DNA from: Wallemia ichthyophaga EXF-994
Lineage: Eukaryota; Fungi; Basidiomycota
Length of the DNA stretch: 32,000 nucleotides
Assembly: GCF_000400465.1 (NCBI RefSeq)
Contig: NW_008806289.1
Span: 210,001-242,000 of the forward strand
Direction: 5' to 3'
Part shown: in pieces, positions 21,910 to 32,000 of the stretch
Position numbering within the stretch: the stretch's first letter is position 1
Layout of the letters: every line of letters begins with the position of its first letter
Notes under the pieces: model-generated
The model's database searches: none
Told to the model about the DNA's origin: nothing
Seen by the model: the letters and a program-made list of their open reading frames with translations, nothing else
Position numbers and translations under genes: made by a program

Positions 21910-23062
21910 ATGTCACAAGAATTTGATCAAGTTGAAATTGCAACGGGTCCTTCACTTATCTCAAAGCTTCAAGTGTGTTTTCTGTTGTTTCATCGGTGGC
22001 AATCATCCACTCACACATCCATTTAGGAATGTGGTATATCTGCAACTGATTGCCAGAAACTTGAATTGGCTGGCTATCACACTATTGAATCTGTTGCTTT
22101 CACTCCAAAGAAGCACTTGATGACAGTCAAAGGAATTTCTGACGCTAAAGCTGACGTCATTCTTCAAGAATCTTCCAAGTTCGTTTCAATGGGGTTCACT
22201 ACTGCTACTGAGGTTCACGCTCGTCGCGCTGACTTGATTAGCGTTACAACTGGTAGCAGAAACCTTGATACTATTCTTGGCGGTATGTTGTTGTGCTTCT
22301 ATTCATCCTTATCTAACTCGAATCAGGTGGTATCGAAACTGGAGCTATTACCGAACTATTTGGTGAATTTAGAACTGGCAAATCTCAAATATGCCACCAA
22401 TTAGCCGTCACTTGTCAACTTCCTATTAGTATGGGCGGTGCAGAAGGCAAATGTCTTTATATCGATACTGAAGGTACTTTCCGTCCTGTCAGAATTCTCG
22501 CCGTTGCTGAAAGATACGGTCTTAATGGTCAAGACGTCTTGGATAATGTCGCATACGCACGCGCTTATAACGCTGATCATCAACAACAACTGTTAATCCA
22601 CGCTAGCGCTATGATGGCTGAATCAAAATTTGCATTACTTATTATCGATAGTGCAAGTGAGTCATTGTCTCAATCACTTATTAAACACGCTCATTCTCTC
22701 CTCAAGTGAACTTATACAGAACAGATTTCTCTGGAAGAGGTGAATTGTCCGCTAGACAGATGCATCTCGCCAAATTTCTGCGAAATCTCATGAGACTTGC
22801 AGATGAGTATGGTATAGCTGTCGTGATAACCAATCAAGTTGTAGCCCAGGTCGATGGTGCAAACCCATACAACCCAGATCCAAAAAAACCTATCGGGGGT
22901 AACATACTTGCACACGCCTCAACCACTAGATTATTCTTGAAGAAAGGCAGAGCAACAACAAGAGTTGCCAAGATATATGATTCACCTTGTTTACCAGAGT
23001 CTGATGCGACTTATAACATTGGTGCAGATGGAATAGGTGACCCTATCGACGAGGAGGCTTGA
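21910..23062 (+). CDS. RAD51: DNA repair recombinase Rad51
   Basis: Introns 21973-22026, 22283-22326 and 22657-22706. Walker [58 protein letters not shown]. Confidence 0.95.
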
Positions 23063-23228
23063 TTTTTACATCGTCGTGAGCAGGGTTAGCTATCAGAGAG
23101 AATCGATTCGATATTTCTTGCATCATTGCAGTGTTTACTCAGCAAAACCAGCATATCTCAAGTGTACCATAATTGATAACCCATGTACTCTAGAAGATTG
23201 TATACAGTAGAAATTTTATTTATTCCCT

Positions 23229-23237
23229 ATGACTCAT
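23229..23237. promoter_or_regulatory. Gcn4/CpcA (AP-1-type) binding site ATGACTCAT upstream of HIS7
   Basis: Perfect ATGACTCAT about 23 nt before the HIS7 ATG. HIS7 orthologues are known general amino acid control targets in ascomycetes. Confidence 0.5.
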
Positions 23238-23259
23238 TCACATCTTGCTAACCAACCAA

Positions 23260-25099
23260 ATGGCAGACAGATTGTTTATATTGGATTACGGCGGTGGAAA
23301 CACACGTTCACTCACAAATTCAATCAAGAGATTAGGCTACGAATTTGAATGGGTTAAGGAGCCCAAAGATCTTGCAAATGCTGAGGTTCGTGGGAGGGAC
23401 ACGGCGTCAACAACGAGGCTGACAGATAGCTTATTAGAAACTTATATTCCCTGGCGTTGGCAACTGTGGTCAAGCTGTAAAGAGCTTACACAACTCCGGT
23501 TTGTTTGAGCCACTACGCCAGTACGTCTTATCAGGTAAACCTTACTTTGGTATTTGCATTGGTATGCAAGTCCTATTCGAAACTTCAGCAGAATCGCCGC
23601 AGGACAAAGGGTTCGGCGTTATACCTGGTTCTGCCGCCAAGTTTACAACAAGCGCAGTAGATCCAAAGAGAGTTCCTCATATGGGTTGGTCTGCTGCTAG
23701 AAGGTTGTCAAACTCATCGCAGAATCCAATCAACGGCGTTAGAGATGATTGTCATTACTACTTTGTGCACTCATACGCTGTACCCTACAATCCATCCAAG
23801 TTAGCTGGCTGGGCTAGCACAATAACTCAATATGGTAAAGAAATCTTTGTTAGTTCAGTACAACGTGGATCTGTTTTAGGTACTCAATTTCACCCTGAGA
23901 AATCTGGAGAAGCTGGTCTTGATCTTCTCAACAGCTTCCTCAAGACAAAGGCCGAACTTAATCCATTAAAGAGCTTAACAAGCTACCCAGAACCAGTTGA
24001 TGTTGAATTAAATGAGAAAGATGATCTTGTCAAGCGTATTGTCGCTTGTTTGGATGTACGCTCTAACGATAATGGTGATTTAGTGGTCACAAAGGGAGAT
24101 CAGTATGATGTTAGGGAGGATGACAACAACCCAGAATCAACAGATGCTGCTTCGAGCAAGCGTGAGGTCAGAAACCTCGGTAAACCTGTTGAATTAGCTA
24201 GACGTTACTTCAGTGAAGGTGCAGATGAAGTCGTCTTCTTGAATATCACTTCATTCAGAAACTCCCCATTAGGTGATCAGCCAATGTTAGAATTAGTTAA
24301 GGCTGCTGCTGAGACTATCTTTGTTCCACTTACAATAGGTGGTGGTATTAGAGATATGGTCGATCCAGATGGTACTCGTCACTCTGCATCAGAAGTAGCA
24401 CACGCATACTTTAGATCAGGTGCGGATAAAGTCTCAATTGGCTCAGATGCTGTATATGCCGTTGAAGAACTGCTCAACAGAATTAAAACCAATACTCAAC
24501 CAATACTGACTGGTCAATCAGCTATCGAAACAATCTCAGCTGGCTACGGTGCACAAGCTGTCGTTGTATCTATTGATCCAAAGAGAGTTTACTTTAACCC
24601 TAACAGTGAAAAACCATCTGAAGAGCATCTCCCTTCGGTCATTTACGGAAAAGACGCTAAAGCTAACACAACGGATGAGGAGAGAAAGCTAGCTTGGTGG
24701 TATCAGTGTACTGTTCAAGGTGGTAGAAGTTATAGAGATGTGGATGTCGTTCAACTCGCAAAAGGCGTTGAATCACTTGGCGCAGGTGAAATACTACTCA
24801 ATTCAATCGATAGAGATGGTTCAAAGAGAGGTTTCGATGTTGATCTCATTCAATTGGTTAGAGAATCAGTAAGCATTCCTGTCGTCGCATCTTCCGGTGC
24901 AGGTGAAGCTCAACACTTTGCTCAAGTCTTTGATGCAACAAATGTCGAAGCTGCTTTAGGTGCAGGTGCATTCCATAGAAAAGAGTTACCAATAGAAGAT
25001 GTGAAGAATGACATGCGTCAAAAAGGCTTAAAAGTAAGAACTGAACTTCCTAAAGAATTAGTACAAAATTTGAGTCAAGGTAAGGTTATATTACAATAG
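23260..25099 (+). CDS. HIS7: Imidazole glycerol phosphate synthase, fused HisH-HisF
   Basis: LDYGGGNTRSL; intron 23386-23437; PGVGN, GICIGMQ (catalytic Cys), QFHPEKS; cyclase RIVACLDVRSND, GADEVVFLNIT, LLNSIDRDG. Confidence 0.96.
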
Positions 25100-25149
25100 A
25101 TATTGTTATTTTTCATTCAAAAGGGATATGTTGAAGTTTAATAAATCGA

Positions 25150-27443
25150 TTACATTGATTGCTTGATAATTTCCAAACGATTTTGAATCCTATCTAATGC
25201 AACGTTTAATTGATCAATCTCCATTTGTGCGTTTGATTGTGTGTGCGTGTGATGTTTGAAAGCATCATGTACAACACTTCTAATCGTGTCTACTAATAGT
25301 GGTTCGTGATTTTGACTTAATGTTGATATTGGCTTGAATGGCGTTAAATTGAAATACGTGTAAGCGTTTGATATGATTAAAATCAAGATTAAAACATAAA
25401 GTGTTTTCGTAAATGATGGTGAAATCGTCAAAGCTCCTAGAGCTGAAAATATTGTCATCGTTAGTCTGACTACTTTATTGAATAACTCGAATGTACCATC
25501 TAATAAATGCTGTAAGATAGTTGGCAGCATTGAAGTATGTTCCATTGTACTCTTTAAATGACTATCCTCGACTTTAGCTTTTTCAGCTAATTCCTTTGAT
25601 CCTTCTTTTTCTTCACGAGCTTTCTCAGGGGTTATTGCATTAGTATCCGTAAATTCATTTGCATGCTCTTCAATATATTTACGCATTGCTGACTCTAAAG
25701 CGCGATGATAAGATTTCTGACCTTCGATTGCTGATCTTTCAATAACACCTGAAAAATAGTGAGTCGAGTAGATTTTCAAACATCCAGGACCCACCCTTTA
25801 AAAAACTTCTACCAGTCCATTCAACCTTTGTGGAGACAATAACATGAGAATTGTTGTTAGTTGCCCATGAAATTGCTGTTCTAGTACGAACAACAAAAGA
25901 ATTACCAGAAGGTACCTCTGGAGTACGGGTGGACGTGAGTACAAGAACATGATCATCAAAATCGACATGCTCATTTTCATCATCCAATACACATTTCGTT
26001 GACTTTGGACCGACACCTACTGTCAAAGGTTTGATGTAAGTGATTGTTCTACTAAGTTTAGAGCTATCAGCTTTGGGTTGCCAGTCAGATATTTGAATTT
26101 CTGTCAGGTCTTGAGTCGACATAAAGTCTTTAATAAAGAAGCTTGTAAACATAAGATTGTAAAGCTTTTCAGGTGTTGCTGGGAGTGTAGTATCCATTGC
26201 AACCTCTGGGAAGTTTACAGAAGGGTCAATCTTTGTAGGCCTGTGAATAGTTGGTGGAGGTCTTTGTGTCGCTTGTCTAGGTACAGAAGGACGAGCATTT
26301 CTAGATTGCTTTCCACCTTTCTCTTTGTGTTTACGACTGGATTTGCTTAATGAAGTTGAGGCTGATGTGGCAGAGCTTTCTGCAGATGTATCAGAGTCTT
26401 CTTGCGAGCTTCCTTGATTAATTAGATGGGCGCTTTCGTGAGACTCTTCCGATACTGGTATGGTGGGGTGAGACAACCTCCAGATGTTTAATATCACATC
26501 GTAAACAGTGTCTCTGGATAAAAACGAAGCGAAGACATACTATTGCGCGACAGTTAGCGTTGTCTCATCTTCATAATTGTAAGCCAACCTTTGCGCGCAA
26601 TGTAGAAATTTGGATTGCGTTTGGAATGACAAACGCAGTCATCTTCTTCTCGATTGCAACCATTTCAGAGAAAGGAACAGCAAACTGTATCTTATTAAAA
26701 GATGAATAGAGATGAGTGAAACTACCTACGCTGGTAACCCAACCAAATATGTTTGCGTTAAAGGAGATGTGATTTTCTGATATGTAAAGACGCCCTTGAA
26801 TAAGTATTTCACGCTGTAAAGCACAACCATAATCTTCAATGAGGTAATCTTGCTCAGGAATATTAGGAAAGAGTTGGTGAAAGTCAGCATTTCTGCGTGA
26901 ACTTGCGACAGCGAAACCGGTGATACCTTCGCCGAAGTAATCATTTAACTCTAAAGACTGGCTGTCAACATCTGAAGAATGTCTATCATTTAAAGCCAAG
27001 CCAATCTGAGGATCTGTTTCATTTAAAGAGTTACGGGAGGTATCGATTGAGTTCCTGGTTGAAGGGCTAATTTGAGATTTATCAGGAGTAGAATGACCGC
27101 TAGGAGAAACATCACGTAAAGAATCAGGAATATGATTAGAATCTGAGTAATTCCTTTTACGTGTATTGTTTGATCTAAGTGATGAATTTGACTGCGACTT
27201 TTTGTGATTGAATTCATCAAGGCTGAGGCTGCCATCACCGATACTCAAAGGTAAAGATCTCCTTTCAAGCGTAGGTGTCTGAGTATCATCATCCAGCTGA
27301 GGCTGCTGCTTATCAGGCATATCAAGCTTTGGTAGATCATCATATTGAGATAAAGGCTGATTCATGACCATAAGATTATGCCTATTATTCGTAGATTCCT
27401 CTTTGTTCTCCTTTTTCTTATATTTGTTTAGAATTGAACTCAT
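25150..27443 (-). CDS. GRAM + VASt (StART-like) domain membrane-contact sterol transporter (Lam/Ltc/Ysp2 family)
   Basis: GRAM: RNADFHQLFP...DYGCALQREILIQGRLYISENHISFNANIFGW. VASt: STRTPEVPSGNSFVVRTR...VEWTGRSFLK. C-terminal TM segment and coiled coil. Three introns (one is 26685-26729). Confidence 0.88.
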
Positions 27444-27810
27444 CCTTCTTGATAATCAACTTTGAAGAATGTTAAGCTTGAGATTTTCAAGTCTGGGGGC
27501 TGTAAATATTTTACAGGATTTGCTGGGCGGTATATTAAGGGCTGTACCGTGAGTATTACCCAGCACGCATGCTACTACCCACTCAATTCCCATCCAGCAA
27601 GAAGAAAGTATCTCACTCGAGAAAATCCATGCGCTCTGCGAATAAAGGTTTAAAGGACAAGCAAAGCTTAGTACATTGCCCCGCTTCTGGTCTTCCAAAG
27701 CCTGCTCATCACCTCTCACAAGATCTTTACAACGAACTTAAGCGGAATTGGAAATCATTTCAGAAGTAAATTTCAATTATAAATGCTATTTGTCTCAATT
27801 ACATTAGTTC

Positions 27811-29333
27811 TTAAGCGTTAAGCTTTGGTGCTGTTGTTCCACGTGCTAATCCATCTTCACCACCGTAAACAACCTTTCCACTCTCTTGAGCAATCTCATC
27901 TTCGATTCTGAGTAAACGGTTGTACTTGGCAAGACGCTCTGTACGACATGGTGCACCTGACTTGATTTGTCCTGTTTGAAGTGCAACAACAAGGTCTGCA
28001 ATGAATGTGTCTTCGGTTTCACCTGAACGGTGTGAAACCATTACACCCCATCCAGAGCTTTGTGAGAGTTGTGCTGCTTCAATTGACTCTGAAACGGTAC
28101 CAATTTGGTTTACCTTAAGGAGTAATCCGTTACATGCCTTCTTTTCTACTGCTGTCTTGATACGAAGTGGGTTTGTAACTGTTAAATCATCTCCAACAAT
28201 TTGAATTGGTGAGTTTTGAGTAAAGTGTGACCATGCTTCCCAGTCATCTTGGTCAAATGGATCTTCAATTGAAACAATTGGGTATTTCTGTACGTATCCA
28301 AGGTAAAGGTCTGCAAGTTCCTTACCTGATAACCATTTAGACTTGTCTGAGTTGTCGTTCTTGAAATCCAAGTCATATTTGCCCTCCTTGTAGAATTCTG
28401 ATGAAGCAACATCAAGTGCAATTGAAACCTTACCAGTGTAACCTGCTTTGTCAATAGCAGTAACGAGCAAGTCAAGTGCTTCATCAGCACCATTAACATT
28501 TGGTGCGAATCCACCTTCATCACCAACGTTGGTAGCATCAATACCGTATTTAGCCTTGATAACCTTCTTAAGTGATTGGTATGCTTCTGAGCCAATTCTC
28601 ATTGCTTCAGTGAATGAGCTAGCGCCAGTTGGGAGTATCATGAACTCTTGGAAAGCAAGAGCGTTACCAGCGTGTGATCCACCGTTGATAACGTTGAATG
28701 CTGGAGTTGGGAGAACGAATGGAGCCTTAACACCAGTGAGTGTAGCGAGGTGCTTGTAAAGTGGAACACCCTTCTCAAGAGCAGCAGCTGATGCAGCAGC
28801 CATTGAAACACCGAGGATGGCGTTAGCACCGAGCTTGTTCTTGTTTTGAGTACCATCAAGCTTAAGAAGAAATTCATCAACTTGATTTTGGTTGGCTGCG
28901 TCAATGTTTGCCTTTACAAGCTCTGGGGCAATAATGTCGTTGACGTTGCTAACTGCCTTGGTTACACCCTTTCCGTTGTAAGCATCACCGCCATCACGGA
29001 GTTCATTGGCTTCGTAAACACTGAATAGGCGTTAGTAATTCGCTGCTTCAACGCTTCCCACTAACCCAGTTGAAGCACCTTTATATGTGTAAGCCAAGAA
29101 ATTCTAATCAACAAATAAAAAACGTACCGGATGGGACAATAGCAGTAGCCTGTTTGCCACCAGCAGTGATAACAACTTCAACGGTTGGCTATTTGTCTAT
29201 TAGACTGAGTGCATGTCTTTGTGCTCGACTTACACCGCCTCTTGAGTCGAAGACTTGACGTGCATATACCTGAGATATTCTGTAAGCTATGTTTATACGT
29301 ATCTTACAGCTTTCTTACTTTTTCAATTGCCAT
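27811..29333 (-). CDS. ENO1: Enolase (phosphopyruvate hydratase)
   Basis: MAIEK|[11 protein letters not shown]..., PSG|ASTG|[44 protein letters not shown]. Four short 5' introns. Confidence 0.96.
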
Positions 29334-29673
29334 TTTAATAGATCCTGGTTGTGTCGAAAAAAGAAACACCTACGAATCAATCTACTTGAATTTGGTAATC
29401 AAAATTTTGCTTGCTCATGTTCCAAATAGCCAGCATAACTATACCATACAACCTCTTTATCCGCCTTCGTCGACATTAAGTTATCTCAGTCATGAGGGAA
29501 ACAATCCGGCGGTATCTCTTTTGCGCAGATGGAGTTGATGTGATTCTTAAGCGATACTTGCGCAATCCTTAAATTCAAATTAATTTCATTTTTAAAGAAA
29601 AATAACATGTATGAATGTTTGGCGGTATATGTACTCATCTTGAAAAGGTATTTTAATGAGTGTCTGTACAGAG

Positions 29674-32000
29674 CTAATTTGAAGATCTGAATAAAGAGAA
29701 TAAGTCCTTACGTTCCCTGGTTGGTGATTTCAATGTTTTATCAACATTCTCATCATTTTCTGTATTCACACTTGACTGATATTCACCATCCGATATAGCC
29801 TTTTCTTTCTTTGGTGTTGCTGGCATACGACTTTGTTTTGGCCGTAGCGATTGATTTTTGTTTGGCGACGTTGGTCTCGACTTAGACAATATTCCTCTTT
29901 TCTTCCGAAGGTTTAATGTACTTGAAATCGCTTCACCCACTGTCTTTTTAGCAGGCGGTGTTGACTCCCTTCGAGTTGATGGTGGCGAATCTGTATCTGT
30001 CGTTGCTGATGATGCATCTTCGTGTGTTTGCACTGGTATTTTAACTTGTCTATTCGAATTATTGATTGTTGAATTTTGACGACGTAATATCAGCTTGTAT
30101 TTATCTGTAACTCCTCTAGCAAACAGTGTTGATGGATTTATTCTGCGTCCATTCGGTGCCATTGGTGTATCTGATTCTACTAAGTCCCATTCATCATCGT
30201 CGTTGTCATCTGTTGCGTCTTCATCGTCTGCAATAGATGAGCTTGAAGACGAGCTAACAAGCATTGGTCTATCAAATGCTAGCACACCTGATTTCTCACG
30301 TCTGCGCTTTCTCAAACCATTTGGATGATGTGTGACAATTGATTCACTTTCCTCTACGTTGTCAGACATTGACGGTGGTACTTTTGATAGTGATTTTGGT
30401 TCCTTATGCAGCTCTGTCTCAAATCGCTGGTTGATAATGGCATCCTCGGTTGTATCTTTGTTCACATTATCGACACTTGTAACTTTCTCCAATTTTTCGA
30501 CCACCTCAGCTTCATCTCCAGTTTTCTCATTTTCATTAAAGACATCATCATGCTCCTCTTCATACATGACAGAATGACCATCCTCGTTTAGACGCCTGTA
30601 ACTGTACTTGTCAAAGAGATCTTCATTGTTGGCGTCAGCATCTCGAATAGCTTCGTCCGCGATCGCAGCACGCTCTGGGTCTATGTTGCTAGCATTTAAA
30701 TCATCATCATCAATAATTGGCTCCATGTCGAGGAATGTCTCATCAAAGTTTTGAGTATCGAGATGATCTTCTGGGTTAGTTGGTGGTATGTAAGGTGGGA
30801 TATAGCGTTTCGCGGATATATGATTCCAATCGAGCATTCCTGTCATGCTCATTAATACTTATTTGAAGTGATTGACTTATCTCACCAAAGTATGGATGAC
30901 GTTTAATACGTGGTTCACATAGACGTAATTCTGGGTTCTTTTGGAGAAGCTGGTGTGTGTAAGTAATTGTCTAAAATGCAAAACTTAAACTTACCCCTCT
31001 GAGTAAAGACTTGGTATCTTGATCCATATATCTTTCATCGCCAAAATTTAAGTCGTCGTGAAGTACACGAACATACATATCTGAGTGATTTGAAGCCCAA
31101 AATGGGGTCTGGAAACTTGTCAGTATGGGCGATGCTGGTTTGCATCCACGTACTATACCAGCAAGCATTTCGTAAAGCATGGTTCCGAGTGACCACCAGT
31201 CAACTTCATATGAATAGGATAAACCTTGAATAACCTCTGGTGCTAAGTACTCAGCTGTACCGCAGAAGCTACTAGTGGTATCTTTAGGATCGACATTGGG
31301 CGTTGTTGAACTGACTGTCGTCATCCATTCCGGTAAAGCCATGATTGGGCCTTCAGGTTTGGGAAATTGTTTCGATAGTCCAAAGTCAGTCAATATAATA
31401 TGTCCATCAGCTGCGATCAAAATATTTTCAGGTTTTAGATCGCGATAGATGACACCAGCAGCGTGAAGACCTTCAACACCTTCAACAATCTCAGCAGCAT
31501 AGAATCTTGCTCTGTCACGACCTAGACGGCCCCATCTAGACAGTTGAGTAGCTAAGTCACCTCCCGGATGGAAGTCCATGGCAAGGAATAAGTCACTCTC
31601 ATCATGAAATGAGTAGTGCAATTGAACGATGAAAGGATTTAAAACATCTCTAGTCATACGCTTTAAGACTGTTTGTTCAGTGAGGGTATGTAGCAACTCT
31701 TGGTGTGCCAAAACATGTCTTTTGTGAATGGCCTTCATCGCAAAGTATCCACCGTTGGTTTTGTGTCTGACCAAAAGAACTTTACCTGCGCAGCCTTTGC
31801 CTAAAACTCTCTTCATTTCAAAATCTTCAATCTTAACCTTGCGATGCTTCTTACGAACGACCTTGCGCGTAGTCGTTTCGTTTGTATCGTTCTGCAGTGA
31901 TTGGAGATTAGGTTCAGATTGAAATAGTTCATGAGATTTTGCTAGGCTTTGGTTGAAGGAAGCGGACTTGATAACTTCATCAGAATCTACTGGTTTCTCA
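29674..32000 (-). CDS. AGC-family Ser/Thr protein kinase (Akt/Ypk/Sch9-like), 5' end outside the window
   Basis: GKGCAGKV, AMK, IYRDLKPEN, DFGLSK, SFCGTAEYLAPE, DWWSLG. AGC C-terminal region YIPPYIPP...NFDETF...FDKYSY. Introns 31109-31153, 30950-30994 and 30840-30885. Confidence 0.9.

Noticed and set aside
21910-23062. Alternative call DMC1
   Set aside because: ARAYNADHQ and [20 protein letters not shown] match Rad51 rather than Dmc1.
26185-26194. GTGTAGTATC, the U2 snRNA branch-point-pairing sequence
   Set aside because: It lacks the flanking U2 context and lies antisense within the GRAM/VASt coding exon.
63-31922. Numerous 60-160 aa ORFs overlapping or antisense to the called genes
   Set aside because: These are shadow frames of real CDSs with no recognisable motifs or independent splice structure.
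1-32000. Transposon, CRISPR array, tRNA or rRNA
   Set aside because: No transposase/RT motifs, terminal repeats, repeat-spacer arrays or tRNA/rRNA signatures were seen by eye.

Overview
Eukaryotic, gene-dense fungal DNA with basidiomycete-type genes, very short (about 42-55 nt) GT-AG introns and tiny intergenic spacers. A Wallemia-like genome is plausible, but that is inference only. In order: membrane-anchored SDR (+), Vps60 (-), Pex14/17-like protein (+), ~1.1 kb spacer with intron-like relics, secreted copper amine oxidase (-) divergently paired with a cytosolic aldehyde dehydrogenase (+), an unresolved ~0.7 kb spliced-looking locus, cyclophilin Cyp10/PPIL3 (+), double-bromodomain Rsc4-like protein (-), P450-1 (+), P450-2 (+), CDC20 (-), P450-3 (+), GH47 alpha-1,2-mannosidase (-), RAD51 (+), HIS7 (+), GRAM/VASt sterol transporter (-), enolase (-), and a 5'-truncated AGC kinase (-). 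No tRNA, rRNA, CRISPR array or transposon was recognised. The best candidates for undescribed biology are (1) the head-to-head secreted amine oxidase/ALDH pair, a eukaryotic analogue of bacterial tynA-feaB, and (2) a three-gene P450 array that encloses CDC20 and has only 24 nt between P450-1 and P450-2. Exon structures were reconstructed by hand from splice signals. Spans are start codon to stop codon including introns.
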